Origin: Candidatus Sungiibacteriota bacterium
GTDB taxonomy: Bacteria > Patescibacteriota > Minisyncoccia > Sungbacterales > HO2-52-23
Direction: 5' to 3'
Assembly (NCBI GenBank): GCA_016432465.1
Contig: CP066690.1
Location: 462,823 to 526,822, forward strand
Length of the DNA: 64,000 nucleotides
The notes under the pieces were generated by a model. That model saw only the letters and a program-made list of their open reading frames with translations, made no database searches and had not been told where the DNA came from. Position 1 is the first letter of the stretch. Each line of letters begins with the position of its first letter. Made by a program: the position numbers and the translations under genes. Below are positions 39,467 through 48,559 of the stretch, piece after piece.

Positions 39467-40261
39467 ATGCCCGAACTTCCTGAAGTAGAAACAATTGTGA
39501 GATTTTTGAGACCCAAAATCCGCGGAAAGCGGATTTTGAGTATGGAAATAAGGGGTAGGCGGGTGGCGCGCGGGCACAAGAACCCGCAGGAACTAAATAG
39601 GGCCGTTGCCGGCAGGAAGATAAGTGAAGTTAACCGGACTGGGAAAAATATAATTCTTGAGTTGTCGGGAGGCGCACGACTTGCGATTCACTTGATGATG
39701 ACCGGCCGGCTTTTTTGGAATCCGAAAGAAAAACAAATACATGACCGCTTGGTGCTAAAGTTGTCCGGAGGAAATGACCTTGTTTTTAACGACATACGTC
39801 AATTTGGGTGGTGCAGGGTTCTTAAACCGAGTGGGAAACTAGCCGGACCCGATGTGTTAAGTCTGGGGTTTAATGAGTTTAAAAGTTTAGTGAGTCCACG
39901 CCCAGCGCTGATTAAAAACCTTCTTCTCAATCAGAAAGTTATTTCCGGAATTGGCAATATCTACTCTGATGAAATTTTGTGGTACGCTTGTCTAAGGCCA
40001 ACGCGAAGGGCAAATACTTTCTCTGGACGCGAACTTAAAAAATTTTATCAAGCAATGCGCCATGTTCTTTTGCTGGCCATCAAAAAAGAAGGCACCAGCA
40101 GTCGGGACTATCGGAAACCGGACGGAACAGAAGGGGGATACTATAAAATAAGGAAAGCGTATCAGCGGGCAGGGAAGCAATGTTTGCGTGACGGCGCAAC
40201 TATCAAGCGCATTAAAATAGGAAGCCGCTCGGCGCATTTTTGCCCCAAACACCAGAAATAA
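39467..40261 (+). CDS. mutM: Formamidopyrimidine-DNA glycosylase Fpg
   Basis: MPELPEVE, RTGK, HLMMTG, NDIRQFG, SGIGNIYSDE and a C-terminal finger. Confidence 0.95.
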   Translation: MPELPEVETIVRFLRPKIRGKRILSMEIRGRRVARGHKNPQELNRAVAGRKISEVNRTGKNIILELSGGARLAIHLMMTGRLFWNPKEKQIHDRLVLKLSGGNDLVFNDIRQFGWCRVLKPSGKLAGPDVLSLGFNEFKSLVSPRPALIKNLLLNQKVISGIGNIYSDEILWYACLRPTRRANTFSGRELKKFYQAMRHVLLLAIKKEGTSSRDYRKPDGTEGGYYKIRKAYQRAGKQCLRDGATIKRIKIGSRSAHFCPKHQK

Positions 40262-40265
40262 TGTA

Positions 40266-40367
40266 ATCCCGTTAGAGACGCAGCCTTGTTCTTGGCAAGA
40301 ATTAAGTATGGGCTACCAACACAAAACTTATTAATTATTAAGATTAACCATAAGTCTCTAACGGGAT
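40266..40367. mobile_element. ~102-bp MITE-like element, CCCGTTAGAGA TIR family
   Basis: 14-bp TIRs ATCCCGTTAGAGAC / GTCTCTAACGGGAT; shares internal AACCATAAGT with the 20600 copy. Confidence 0.7.
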
Positions 40368-41277
40368 GAATTATCTTCTTTACGGCGAAGATACTTATCG
40401 GAGCCGGAAAAAACTACGCGAAATAATTGAAGAATACCGCGCTAAAACCGGCTCGTCGTTAAGTTTCTACCGTCTTGATGCTGAAGAAGACGATATGTCA
40501 CGGCTAAAGGTTTTTACCCAAACGTCTTCTCTCTTCAGTCCCAAAAAGCTGATTGTGATTGAGGGCGCTCTGTCCGGGAGTGAGCAATTTGGCCACGTGC
40601 TGTCTGCGGCCAAAGAAATAAAAGAGTCTCGGGACACCGTGCTTCTTTTGTGGGAACGCGAACTGGATGATACCACACGAAAACGGCTCAAAGAAATAGA
40701 ACCGTATCTAAGCAAAACCCAGGAGTTTAAACCATTGTCGCGTGAGGCGGTAAGCCGCTGGATACAGGAGGAGGCCAAAAAGCTGGGGGTACGTCTTTTT
40801 CCTGTGCATCTTGCCAAACTATCAATATTGGGCAGTGATCTTTGGGCAATATCCAGCGAGTTGGATAAAATCGCTGTTGCTAACCCGCAATCCGCGACCA
40901 CTAACCCGCAAACTATTGACGAGCGCAGCATTTTCCAGCTCGGCGACACCTTTTTCGTATCGCGCCGCGAGGCCCTGTTTAACCTTTTGGGGCTTCTGGC
41001 GCAAGGGGAGAATGAGCTTGGAATTTTTTCATACCTTGTTAATCACGCGCGAACCCTCCTTACCGTAAAAACCTATACATCCGAGAATAGGGTTGTCCCT
41101 GCATCGTTGGGTATTCATCCTTTTGTAGTAAAAAAAGCGGCGGCCGTCAGCCGTGGTCTGCCGGTAGAACATCTTCGTTCAACCATGGGTCGTTTTCTTG
41201 AGGAGGATTTTAAAATTAAAACGGGCCTTACCAAGCCCGCCGAGTCCCTCTTCCGACTCTTGACCCAAAGGTCTTAA
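40366..41277 (+). CDS. holA: DNA polymerase III delta subunit
   Basis: YLLYGED, SLFSPKKLIVI, ELDK, IHPFVVKK, DFKIKTG; adjacent to rpsT. Confidence 0.88.
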   Translation: MNYLLYGEDTYRSRKKLREIIEEYRAKTGSSLSFYRLDAEEDDMSRLKVFTQTSSLFSPKKLIVIEGALSGSEQFGHVLSAAKEIKESRDTVLLLWERELDDTTRKRLKEIEPYLSKTQEFKPLSREAVSRWIQEEAKKLGVRLFPVHLAKLSILGSDLWAISSELDKIAVANPQSATTNPQTIDERSIFQLGDTFFVSRREALFNLLGLLAQGENELGIFSYLVNHARTLLTVKTYTSENRVVPASLGIHPFVVKKAAAVSRGLPVEHLRSTMGRFLEEDFKIKTGLTKPAESLFRLLTQRS

Positions 41278-41537
41278 ATTTTTTTGGAAACGAGTTTTGT
41301 CAGCCGCGACTTTAGGCGGCTGGCTTTGTTTTTGTGTATAGCGTGAGTTTTGGCGGCTTTGTCCAGCGCTTTGTAAAGTTGGGGAAGAAGTTTTTCTGCC
41401 TCTTTTTGTTTTCCCGCAGCGGCCAGCTTCTTAATATTTTTGACCACGGTTTTATACGCCTCTTTCCTTTTGAGGTTTTGGACGCGCCTTCGCATGGACT
41501 GACGCAGCGCTTTTTTCGCGGATTGAGTAATGGGCAT
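41274..41537 (-). CDS. rpsT: 30S ribosomal protein S20
   Basis: MPITQSAKKALRQ...LDKAAK..IHKNKASRLKSRL. Confidence 0.97.
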   Translation of the reverse strand: MPITQSAKKALRQSMRRRVQNLKRKEAYKTVVKNIKKLAAAGKQKEAEKLLPQLYKALDKAAKTHAIHKNKASRLKSRLTKLVSKKI

Positions 41538-41558
41538 AAGTATTATAGTAAGTGCGAT

Positions 41559-43592
41559 TTACTCTGCTGTCAATTGTTTAATCCGGTCGCGTATTCGCGC
41601 CGCCAGCTCAAAATCCATCTCTCCTGCGGCGCGTTTCATCTCGCGCTCCAGAGATTTTACGATTTCTCTGGTTGGGCCCTTGGGAAGAGGAATCTCTTCT
41701 TCCTTTTTAAGTTCCGCCAAAATTGATTTTCTAATTTCTTTTTTGATTTGTTGAGGGGTAATGCCGTGTTTACGGTTATACTCTTTCTGGGTTTCCCTGC
41801 GGCGGTTGGTTTCGTTTACCGCCGCCTTCATTGAGCCGGTCAAGGTATCCGCATAGAGTATTACTTTCCCGTCAATGTGGCGCGCAGCGCGGCCAATAAT
41901 TTGCAGAAGGGTGGTTTCATTTCGCAGAAATCCTTCTTTGTCAGCATCCAGAATTGCAATAAATGAAACCTCGGGAAGATCAAGTCCCTCCCGTAAAAGA
42001 TTAATTCCCACCAAGACATCGTGTTCTCCTTCACGAAGTTTTTTCAGAATCTCCGGCCGTTCCAGCGTTTTTATTTCCGAATGCAGGTACTCGGCCTTAA
42101 TTCCCGCCTCGGTTAAATATTCGGCAATATCCTCGGCGAGCCTTTTGGTAAGCGCCATAACAAGCGAGCGCTCTTTTTTAGTCACGCGCTTTTTTATTTC
42201 AGCAATTACGTCTTTAATTTGGTGTTTGGTGGGACGAACCTCAATCTGCGGGTCAAGAATTCCGGTCGGCCTTATTAGTTGTTCAACAATGTGCGGACGA
42301 GATTTTTCTATTTCGTACAGAGCCGGAGTTGCCGATACATAGATTAGCTGGCCAACGTTTTTATTAAATTCTTCAAACTTTAGCGGCCGGTTATCCAAAG
42401 CAGAGGGCAGACGAAATCCGTATTTAATGAGCACCTCTTTTCGCGCCCGATCGCCATTATACATTCCGCGGACTTGGGGTACGGTAGCATGCGACTCGTC
42501 AATAAAAGTTAGAAAATCGCTGCCGTGGGCGTAGCGAAAATAGTCAATAAGCGTGTGGGGCGGAGTTCCCGGCTTGCGAAAATCAAGTTGGCGCGAATAG
42601 TTCTCAATTCCGTTTACATAGCCGGTTGAACGGAGCATCTCCATATCAAATTCCGTGCGTTGTTTAAGGCGGGCCGCTTCTCCCGACGCTTCGTTTATAT
42701 CTTTAGATAAGGAAGTCGGGACCCCGACATCGTAAAGCGATCGTCGGGATAAAATTTTTCCTTGCTTTTTTAACTCTGCAAGCCGCCCCTTAAGTTCTCT
42801 TTGGATATTTACAATAGCAAGTTCCAGTTTTTCCTGCGGGGTGACAAAGTGTTTGGCGGGGAAAATCTTGAAAGCTTGTAGTCCGATTGAGCGCCGTTTG
42901 ACGCCAATGATTTTATTTTTTTCTCCGCCCGAGGCGGATCCGCCTTTGGCGGAAAACTCTACGGCAACAATGTCTTCTCCGGAGGGAAGATAAATCTCAA
43001 CCACATTTTCTCTAACGCGAAAGTGGCCCTGGCGGGGGTTAATGGGGTTACGCGCGTACTGAAGCAGTATCAGGTGTTTAATAAGTTCTTTTTGGGAAAG
43101 TTTTTCGCCAACCCTTAATTCCACTGAAATTTTCTGATACTCTTCCGGGTCGCCAATGCCGTAGATGCAGGAAACAGAGGCAACGATGATTACGTCGTTT
43201 CGCGTCAGTAAAGAAGCGGTAGAGGCATGGCGCAGGGCATCTATCATCTCATTGATTTTGGCGTCTTTTTCAATGTAGGTGTCGGTCTGCGGAATATAGG
43301 CCTCGGGCTGGTAGTAGTCATAGTAGGAAACAAAATAATGCACGGCATTTTCCGGAAAAAATTCTTTAAATTCCTGATAAAGTTGGGCGGCAAGGGTTTT
43401 ATTGTGCGATATAACCAGCGTTGGTTTTTGAACTCGCTCAACTACGTTTGCCATCGTGAAGGTTTTTCCGCTGCCCGTGACCCCAAGAAGCGTTTGGTGT
43501 CGCGCGCCCGCACGCAAATTCGCCACCAGTTGATCGGTGGCTTGGGGTTGGTCGCCTGTCGGCCTGAAACTTGACACAAGTCTAAACTTCAT
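41559..43592 (-). CDS. uvrB: Excinuclease ABC subunit B (two in-frame palindromic insertions)
   Basis: PTGDQP, GVTGSGKT, YYDYYQPEAY, DESH, SATP, GINLLREGLD and a UVR domain. Confidence 0.98.
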   Translation of the reverse strand: MKFRLVSSFRPTGDQPQATDQLVANLRAGARHQTLLGVTGSGKTFTMANVVERVQKPTLVISHNKTLAAQLYQEFKEFFPENAVHYFVSYYDYYQPEAYIPQTDTYIEKDAKINEMIDALRHASTASLLTRNDVIIVASVSCIYGIGDPEEYQKISVELRVGEKLSQKELIKHLILLQYARNPINPRQGHFRVRENVVEIYLPSGEDIVAVEFSAKGGSASGGEKNKIIGVKRRSIGLQAFKIFPAKHFVTPQEKLELAIVNIQRELKGRLAELKKQGKILSRRSLYDVGVPTSLSKDINEASGEAARLKQRTEFDMEMLRSTGYVNGIENYSRQLDFRKPGTPPHTLIDYFRYAHGSDFLTFIDESHATVPQVRGMYNGDRARKEVLIKYGFRLPSALDNRPLKFEEFNKNVGQLIYVSATPALYEIEKSRPHIVEQLIRPTGILDPQIEVRPTKHQIKDVIAEIKKRVTKKERSLVMALTKRLAEDIAEYLTEAGIKAEYLHSEIKTLERPEILKKLREGEHDVLVGINLLREGLDLPEVSFIAILDADKEGFLRNETTLLQIIGRAARHIDGKVILYADTLTGSMKAAVNETNRRRETQKEYNRKHGITPQQIKKEIRKSILAELKKEEEIPLPKGPTREIVKSLEREMKRAAGEMDFELAARIRDRIKQLTAE

Positions 43593-43629
43593 AATATACT
43601 CACCCTAGTTATTTTATGAGGAGTCAGGG

Positions 43630-43908
43630 GTGCCTAAACCCTTAATGTGGTTTCAATGCATAATTTGTGATGAGGTTTATAAAACAGAAGAAGAAGCGGC
43701 ACATTGCGAGAAACAGGGTCTGTCACCGATAAGATATCCAGTTAACACCGCAGTATTGCTGGTTCATCCCGTCACTCACATTCTGGTGGATGCCCGCGTC
43801 GAACATATTAAAGTCCAACCCCGGTCGCACAAACTCTTTTTTGAACTGGTTGGTGTCCGTGGGTTTAAATTTATAGTAGAGGAACACCTACTTCGTCCTA
43901 AGAACTAG
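43630..43908 (+). CDS. Orphan small protein with CxxC...HC finger (cassette 1)
   Basis: TTGACA-N18-TATACT promoter overlapping the uvrB start, GAGGAG SD, GCCGG/CCGGC terminator. Confidence 0.7.
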   Translation: MPKPLMWFQCIICDEVYKTEEEAAHCEKQGLSPIRYPVNTAVLLVHPVTHILVDARVEHIKVQPRSHKLFFELVGVRGFKFIVEEHLLRPKN

Positions 43909-44024
43909 TAATATTTAGCCGGCACGATACCGGCTTCTTCTTTTTTCAAAAACGAAAACTTGACACTGGTAAAGTTGTTTGATACTCTTTGATTAGATCA
44001 CGGGTACTAAAAAGGGGTCACTAA

Positions 44025-44213
44025 ATGGAATTTCTGGCGGGCGTCACTAAGGGTGTTTGTCCATATTGCCGCGACAGGCATCCAGTTAGAAGGGCCCAGG
44101 TTATGGGTGGTCATATAGCAGTTATGGATAGTCATAGAGTATCCGATTCTGGCGGTTGGTGCCGCGGTGAAGGGCTTGCGCCGGAATTTCTCTACGGGTT
44201 GCGCTCAGACTGA
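44025..44213 (+). CDS. Orphan small Zn-ribbon-like protein (cassette 2)
   Basis: TTGACA-N17-TACTCT, AAGGGG SD, CPYC...H...C. Confidence 0.65.
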   Translation: MEFLAGVTKGVCPYCRDRHPVRRAQVMGGHIAVMDSHRVSDSGGWCRGEGLAPEFLYGLRSD

Positions 44214-44340
44214 CCCAATCTTTTTTATCAATCTCATGCTGGTTGAGCTTGGCTCTGCCGGCTTTTTTCTTTTTTCAAAAACTTGACATAGATTCCTTGT
44301 TTGCATAAGATACGAACGGTAGCCCTGAGGGGGGTATGCT

Positions 44341-44745
44341 ATGACAACAGCACGGCAGATGCGGGAAGTTTCCGATAGGGTGTTGGAGCGGCGTGTCGAG
44401 GAAGATAAACGTGAGGAAAAGAAACGTAGGGAAGAAAAGGATCGCAAAAATGCTGAGTTGAGAAAACTACTAGAACCCGAAGTAGAAAGCTCTTATCGGG
44501 GGGCCCTTGCTAAGATACGGGAGGCCGCCAATAGGGGTGAGCGGTCTTGCGAGCTTAGATGGAGTTGCGGTTTGTATGCTGGAACCCCTGAAGTGAATGC
44601 GGTTTGTGCAGTGATGGTTGCTGAGCGTTTACGGAAAGACGGTTTTGTTGCCACTGTGAAGCAACAGTGTGGAAGCGACGAAGGTGGTGTAGAGATTGTT
44701 CAAAATGCGTCAGATTGCGAGATCGTTCTCTCCATAACGTTCTAA
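44341..44745 (+). CDS. Orphan protein with charged helical N-terminus (cassette 3)
   Basis: TTGACA-N17-TAAGAT, GAGGGGGG SD, own terminator. Confidence 0.7.
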   Translation: MTTARQMREVSDRVLERRVEEDKREEKKRREEKDRKNAELRKLLEPEVESSYRGALAKIREAANRGERSCELRWSCGLYAGTPEVNAVCAVMVAERLRKDGFVATVKQQCGSDEGGVEIVQNASDCEIVLSITF

Positions 44746-44848
44746 TAATGGTTGCCGGCCCACGCGCTGGCTTTTTCTTTACCCCAAAAGCTTGACTTTT
44801 TAGTTTGAACTTCATACCATAATGAAAGCACCTTTTGGGGGTAAAACC

Positions 44849-45223
44849 GTGAAGAAAACAACGAGGGTCGGCCTTAGTCTCGCGATTGGTTTTTTGCTGG
44901 CAGTACTGGTTGACGTTTTTGTTGGTCCGGCACATCTTTTGTCGTCCATCCCACACGCTAGGTGGTTGGTGTTAGCCCTTTGGTTTCTTTACTCGGTTGC
45001 CCTATGGCTTCTGTTTTTTACAGCAACACCTCCGCGGCCATTCCTACGCGCTTTGAAAAGCCTAGGAGTGGGCGGTTTAGTAATAGGACTTGCGGTTTTA
45101 GCCCTTGTTTTAGGGGGTTATTCAATCAACATTGCTGGCGCAGTTTTTGTTTGGCTTCTTGCTTCTGGCGTTGCTCTGGGCACCCCCATTGTTGATTCTA
45201 ATAATAGGCCATCTGCCGGTTAA
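44849..45223 (+). CDS. Orphan 4-TM membrane protein (cassette 4)
   Basis: TTGACT-N17-TACCAT, GGGGG SD before GTG 44849, own terminator. Confidence 0.7.
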   Translation: MKKTTRVGLSLAIGFLLAVLVDVFVGPAHLLSSIPHARWLVLALWFLYSVALWLLFFTATPPRPFLRALKSLGVGGLVIGLAVLALVLGGYSINIAGAVFVWLLASGVALGTPIVDSNNRPSAG

Positions 45224-45268
45224 TACCGGCTTTTTCTTTTTGTTGAATAAAGTTACTATAAAAGTGCA

Positions 45269-45850
45269 ATGATTTCATTTCTTTCCGGCCAAGTTGAACT
45301 AAAAGGAGAGCGCCTCGTTATAATAAACGTTGGCAATGTTGGTTATCGCGTATTTGCTTCAACAGAAACTCTCAAAAAAATACCAGAAAAAGGAGGGAAT
45401 GTCAAAGTCTGGACGCATCAATACGTGCGGGAAGACGCGCTGGAACTCTATGGTTTTTTACACCTTGCCGAACTTGAACTTTTTGAAATTTTAATTAAAG
45501 TCCCGGGCATTGGACCCAAAACTGCTTTGGGTGTAATGAGTGTTGCGCCGATTGATACGCTGCGAAAAGCAATTGCCTCCGGCGATACGTCGTATCTGAC
45601 TAAAGTTTCCGGCATTGGCCGCAAAACCGCGGAGAAAATTATAATTGAACTTAGGGAAAAAATGGCTGGCCGCGGAGTTTTGGTTGAAGCGCCGGAATTA
45701 AAAGAAGAAGCTGACGCGCTGGAGGCATTGGTGTCTCTGGGATATTCGCAGCGGGAAGCGCGAGAAGCACTGCAGCAGATTCCGCAAGAAGTTTCCAGTG
45801 TTGAAAAACGCGTAAAAGAGGCGCTAAAGAAACTTAGCCGAGCCCAATGA
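45269..45850 (+). CDS. ruvA: Holliday junction DNA-binding protein RuvA
   Basis: VGYRV, VRED..LYGF, VPGIGPKTA, GIGRKTAEKI, ALVSLGY. Confidence 0.97.
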   Translation: MISFLSGQVELKGERLVIINVGNVGYRVFASTETLKKIPEKGGNVKVWTHQYVREDALELYGFLHLAELELFEILIKVPGIGPKTALGVMSVAPIDTLRKAIASGDTSYLTKVSGIGRKTAEKIIIELREKMAGRGVLVEAPELKEEADALEALVSLGYSQREAREALQQIPQEVSSVEKRVKEALKKLSRAQ

Positions 45851-46782
45851 TATCGTTCTTACAGTCTAAAGAATGGGAAGAATTCCAAAAATCAGTGGGA
45901 AGAAAAACATGGCGTCTTGGTGGGGCGCTTGTTATTCAGCACACACTGCCGCTCGGCTTCAACTATTTATACTGTCCGCGCCCCTCGGCCCCGACGGAAC
46001 AGTTTTTTAGAGAGACGGCAAAAATCGCCGCACGCGAGAAAAGTATTTTTCTAAAAATTGACCCAACCGAACAACCCCAAATTATCCCTAGGCCGCCTTG
46101 GGCGGCCGGGATCCCGGCCAAGAAAGGCCTAGGTACAAATTCCCCGCCTCTGCCAAGGCTACGGCTGGCAAGCAAATTTCAAACAAGTGCAGCGCTTCAG
46201 CCGCAAAAAAGCTTGGTTATTAACCTACAAAAATCCGAAGAAGACTTATTGGGCGCAATGTATGAGAAGACGCGTTATAATATACGACTTGCAGAACGCC
46301 ACGGGGTAGGGGTAAATCAGGCGGGTGCGCTGGAAGAGTTTTGGAAGTTGTTGGTGGAGACTGCGCGTCGGGACAAGTTTTATACTCACGAGCAAAATTA
46401 CTACGAAAAACTTCTTATGGCTTGTTCCGATAATTTTTCCAACGAACTCTTTTTTGCAAGACAAGGGAGGACACTAATCGCAGCCGCCCTGATAAACTTC
46501 TTTAAGCCCTCACAAACAGTAACTTATCTTCACGGTGCCTCTCTGCGTGAACACAAAGAGGTGATGGCGCCCCATCTTCTTCACTGGCGCATCATGCAGG
46601 ATGCCAAACGCCGCGGGTTTTCGTTCTACGATATGTGGGGGATTGATGAAAAAAAGTGGCCGGGGATTACAAGATTTAAACTTGGGTTTGGTGGAGAAGT
46701 AGTGGAATATCCGGATTCTATTGATATAATTTATGGGCAGTTTTGGTATGGTATTTATAAAATTTCAAAGGCCGTTTTATGA
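45847..46782 (+). CDS. FemAB/FemX peptidoglycan bridge transferase (with in-frame repeat insertions)
   Basis: FLQSKEW, KTRYNIRLA, YLHGAS, YDMWG, GITRFKLGFGG. Confidence 0.9.
   Translation: MISFLQSKEWEEFQKSVGRKTWRLGGALVIQHTLPLGFNYLYCPRPSAPTEQFFRETAKIAAREKSIFLKIDPTEQPQIIPRPPWAAGIPAKKGLGTNSPPLPRLRLASKFQTSAALQPQKSLVINLQKSEEDLLGAMYEKTRYNIRLAERHGVGVNQAGALEEFWKLLVETARRDKFYTHEQNYYEKLLMACSDNFSNELFFARQGRTLIAAALINFFKPSQTVTYLHGASLREHKEVMAPHLLHWRIMQDAKRRGFSFYDMWGIDEKKWPGITRFKLGFGGEVVEYPDSIDIIYGQFWYGIYKISKAVL
46078..46186 (+). repeat. CAAATTN heptamer array interrupted by 51-bp and 30-bp palindromes
   Basis: Removing 46085-46135 and 46143-46172 leaves CAAATTA CAAATTC CAAATTT CAAACAA. Confidence 0.8.
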
Positions 46783-47264
46783 AGCTGAATAAAAAAATAA
46801 AGAGAGCGTTTTGCCGCGGAATACTGGAGAAAACCAACGACCCGGCAATATTTAATGACGAGGAGTGCGAGGCGCTTCTCAGACGGGAAGTGGTGGATTG
46901 GATTTTTGTTTTCTTGGGCGCGTTTACTTATATGTACCTTGCGCTTCTTGCGGTTGTTTTTTTTGGTAAGTTGACTGACGATCTGCCGCAACTGCGAAGT
47001 CTGCTGGATTCTTTACAGAATCCATATTTTGGCGCCTTGGCCGTCTATGTAATTCTTAAAGAAATCCGCAAACGCAAGAGATCTTACCCCTCGCGATATT
47101 TAGGTGAGCTTTTTGTGGTTTTATGGACCATTTTCGGGGCAGCAGCAACACTTTTAGCTTTTGTTTCTCCGAGATATGACTTTGACTCTTTTCTATTGAC
47201 TATTTTGTCCAATACTCTGGTCGTCATACTCATTTACATAGGCGGTGTATTAAATAGACCGTGA
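46779..47264 (+). CDS. Hypothetical membrane protein
   Basis: Four TMs; overlaps both neighbours. Confidence 0.75.
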   Translation: MKLNKKIKRAFCRGILEKTNDPAIFNDEECEALLRREVVDWIFVFLGAFTYMYLALLAVVFFGKLTDDLPQLRSLLDSLQNPYFGALAVYVILKEIRKRKRSYPSRYLGELFVVLWTIFGAAATLLAFVSPRYDFDSFLLTILSNTLVVILIYIGGVLNRP

Positions 47265-48535
47265 TTGACTCCATCGCAGGAACAGTTAAAAAAATTATAC
47301 CAAGGGGTGTTTTTTTATTTCTGCAGCCCTTGTATCATTTTTTCCTGGCATGGTTTGCGGCTCTTTTTTACGGCTTCCCCTCGCGGAATCTTACCGTGAT
47401 AGGGGTGACCGGCACCAAAGGAAAAACCACAGTAGTTGAGCTGGTTCGCGAGATACTAAAAAGGGGCGGGTATAAGGTTGCCTCTATTTCCTCGCTTAGT
47501 TTTGTAATCGGAGACCGCGAAGAACAAAATTTTTATAAAATGACTTTGCCGGGAAGATTTTTTGTGCAGCATTTTTTGCACCGCGCCCGCCGCAGTGGGT
47601 GCAAGTATGCGGTATTGGAAGTTACTTCCGAGGGCATAAAGCAATTTCGGCATCGTTTTATAAAATTTGACGTTGCGATTCTAACCAATGTCGCGTCGGA
47701 ACACATTGAGGCGCATGGAAGTTTTGAGAAGTACCTTCGCGCCAAGCTTGATCTTTTCTGGCGTCTTCCTAAAGAGGGTTTGGCGATTATTAACCAAGAT
47801 GATCCGCGGGCCGCTCGTTTTTCTGCCGCTACCGCAGCGCACAAAATGTATTATGGTAAAGATGCGGTAAATTCTCTTATTGTCAAACATTCAATGTTTG
47901 ACAACGGTGTGGAGTTTGAAGTTAACGGCGCGACCATACGTTCTCCGCTCATGGGCGAGTTTAATTTTTATAATATTTTGGCCGCAGCGGCAGTGGGATT
48001 AAGCCAGCAGATTTCACTTGAGAAAATTGCATCGGCCTTTTCTGGGGTTGATAATATTTCCGGCCGCATGGAGTTTATACAGCGTGAGCCATTTGCGGTG
48101 ATGGTGGACTATGCTCATACGCCGGATTCGTTGCGGCAGGTGTACAAGTTTTTGAGGCCCAAGAGCCAAAGATTGATATGTGTTTTGGGAGCGGCTGGCG
48201 GGGGGCGCGATAAGTGGAAGAGGCCAGAGTTCGGGAAAATTGCTTCTGAATTTTGCGACGAAATTATTTTAACCAACGAAGATCCATATGACGAGAATCC
48301 AGCGGCTATTATAGAGGACATAGAACGCGGCATCCCTACAAGCTACAAGCTAAAAGCTAAAAGCTTTCTTGATAGGCGCGAGGCTATTTATAATGCATTA
48401 AAATCAGCCCAAGCGGGAGACACGGTAGTTATTACCGGCAAGGGGGCCGAGCCGTGGATTATGGGACCGAATAATACGAAAATTCCGTGGGACGATCGTA
48501 GGGTTGTAAGAGAAGAGCTGCAAAAGCTTGATTAA
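47261..48535 (+). CDS. murE: Mur ligase (MurE-like)
   Basis: GVTGTKGKTT, LEVTSEG, DYAHTPD, GGGRDKWKRP, TNEDP, ITGKG. Confidence 0.9.
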   Translation: MIDSIAGTVKKIIPRGVFLFLQPLYHFFLAWFAALFYGFPSRNLTVIGVTGTKGKTTVVELVREILKRGGYKVASISSLSFVIGDREEQNFYKMTLPGRFFVQHFLHRARRSGCKYAVLEVTSEGIKQFRHRFIKFDVAILTNVASEHIEAHGSFEKYLRAKLDLFWRLPKEGLAIINQDDPRAARFSAATAAHKMYYGKDAVNSLIVKHSMFDNGVEFEVNGATIRSPLMGEFNFYNILAAAAVGLSQQISLEKIASAFSGVDNISGRMEFIQREPFAVMVDYAHTPDSLRQVYKFLRPKSQRLICVLGAAGGGRDKWKRPEFGKIASEFCDEIILTNEDPYDENPAAIIEDIERGIPTSYKLKAKSFLDRREAIYNALKSAQAGDTVVITGKGAEPWIMGPNNTKIPWDDRRVVREELQKLD

Positions 48536-48559
48536 CAAAACGCCCCGTTAAAGGGCGTA

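Noticed and set aside
43571-45240. Classical integron
   Set aside because: No intI and no RYYYAAC...GTTRRRY attC pattern; each cassette has its own promoter.
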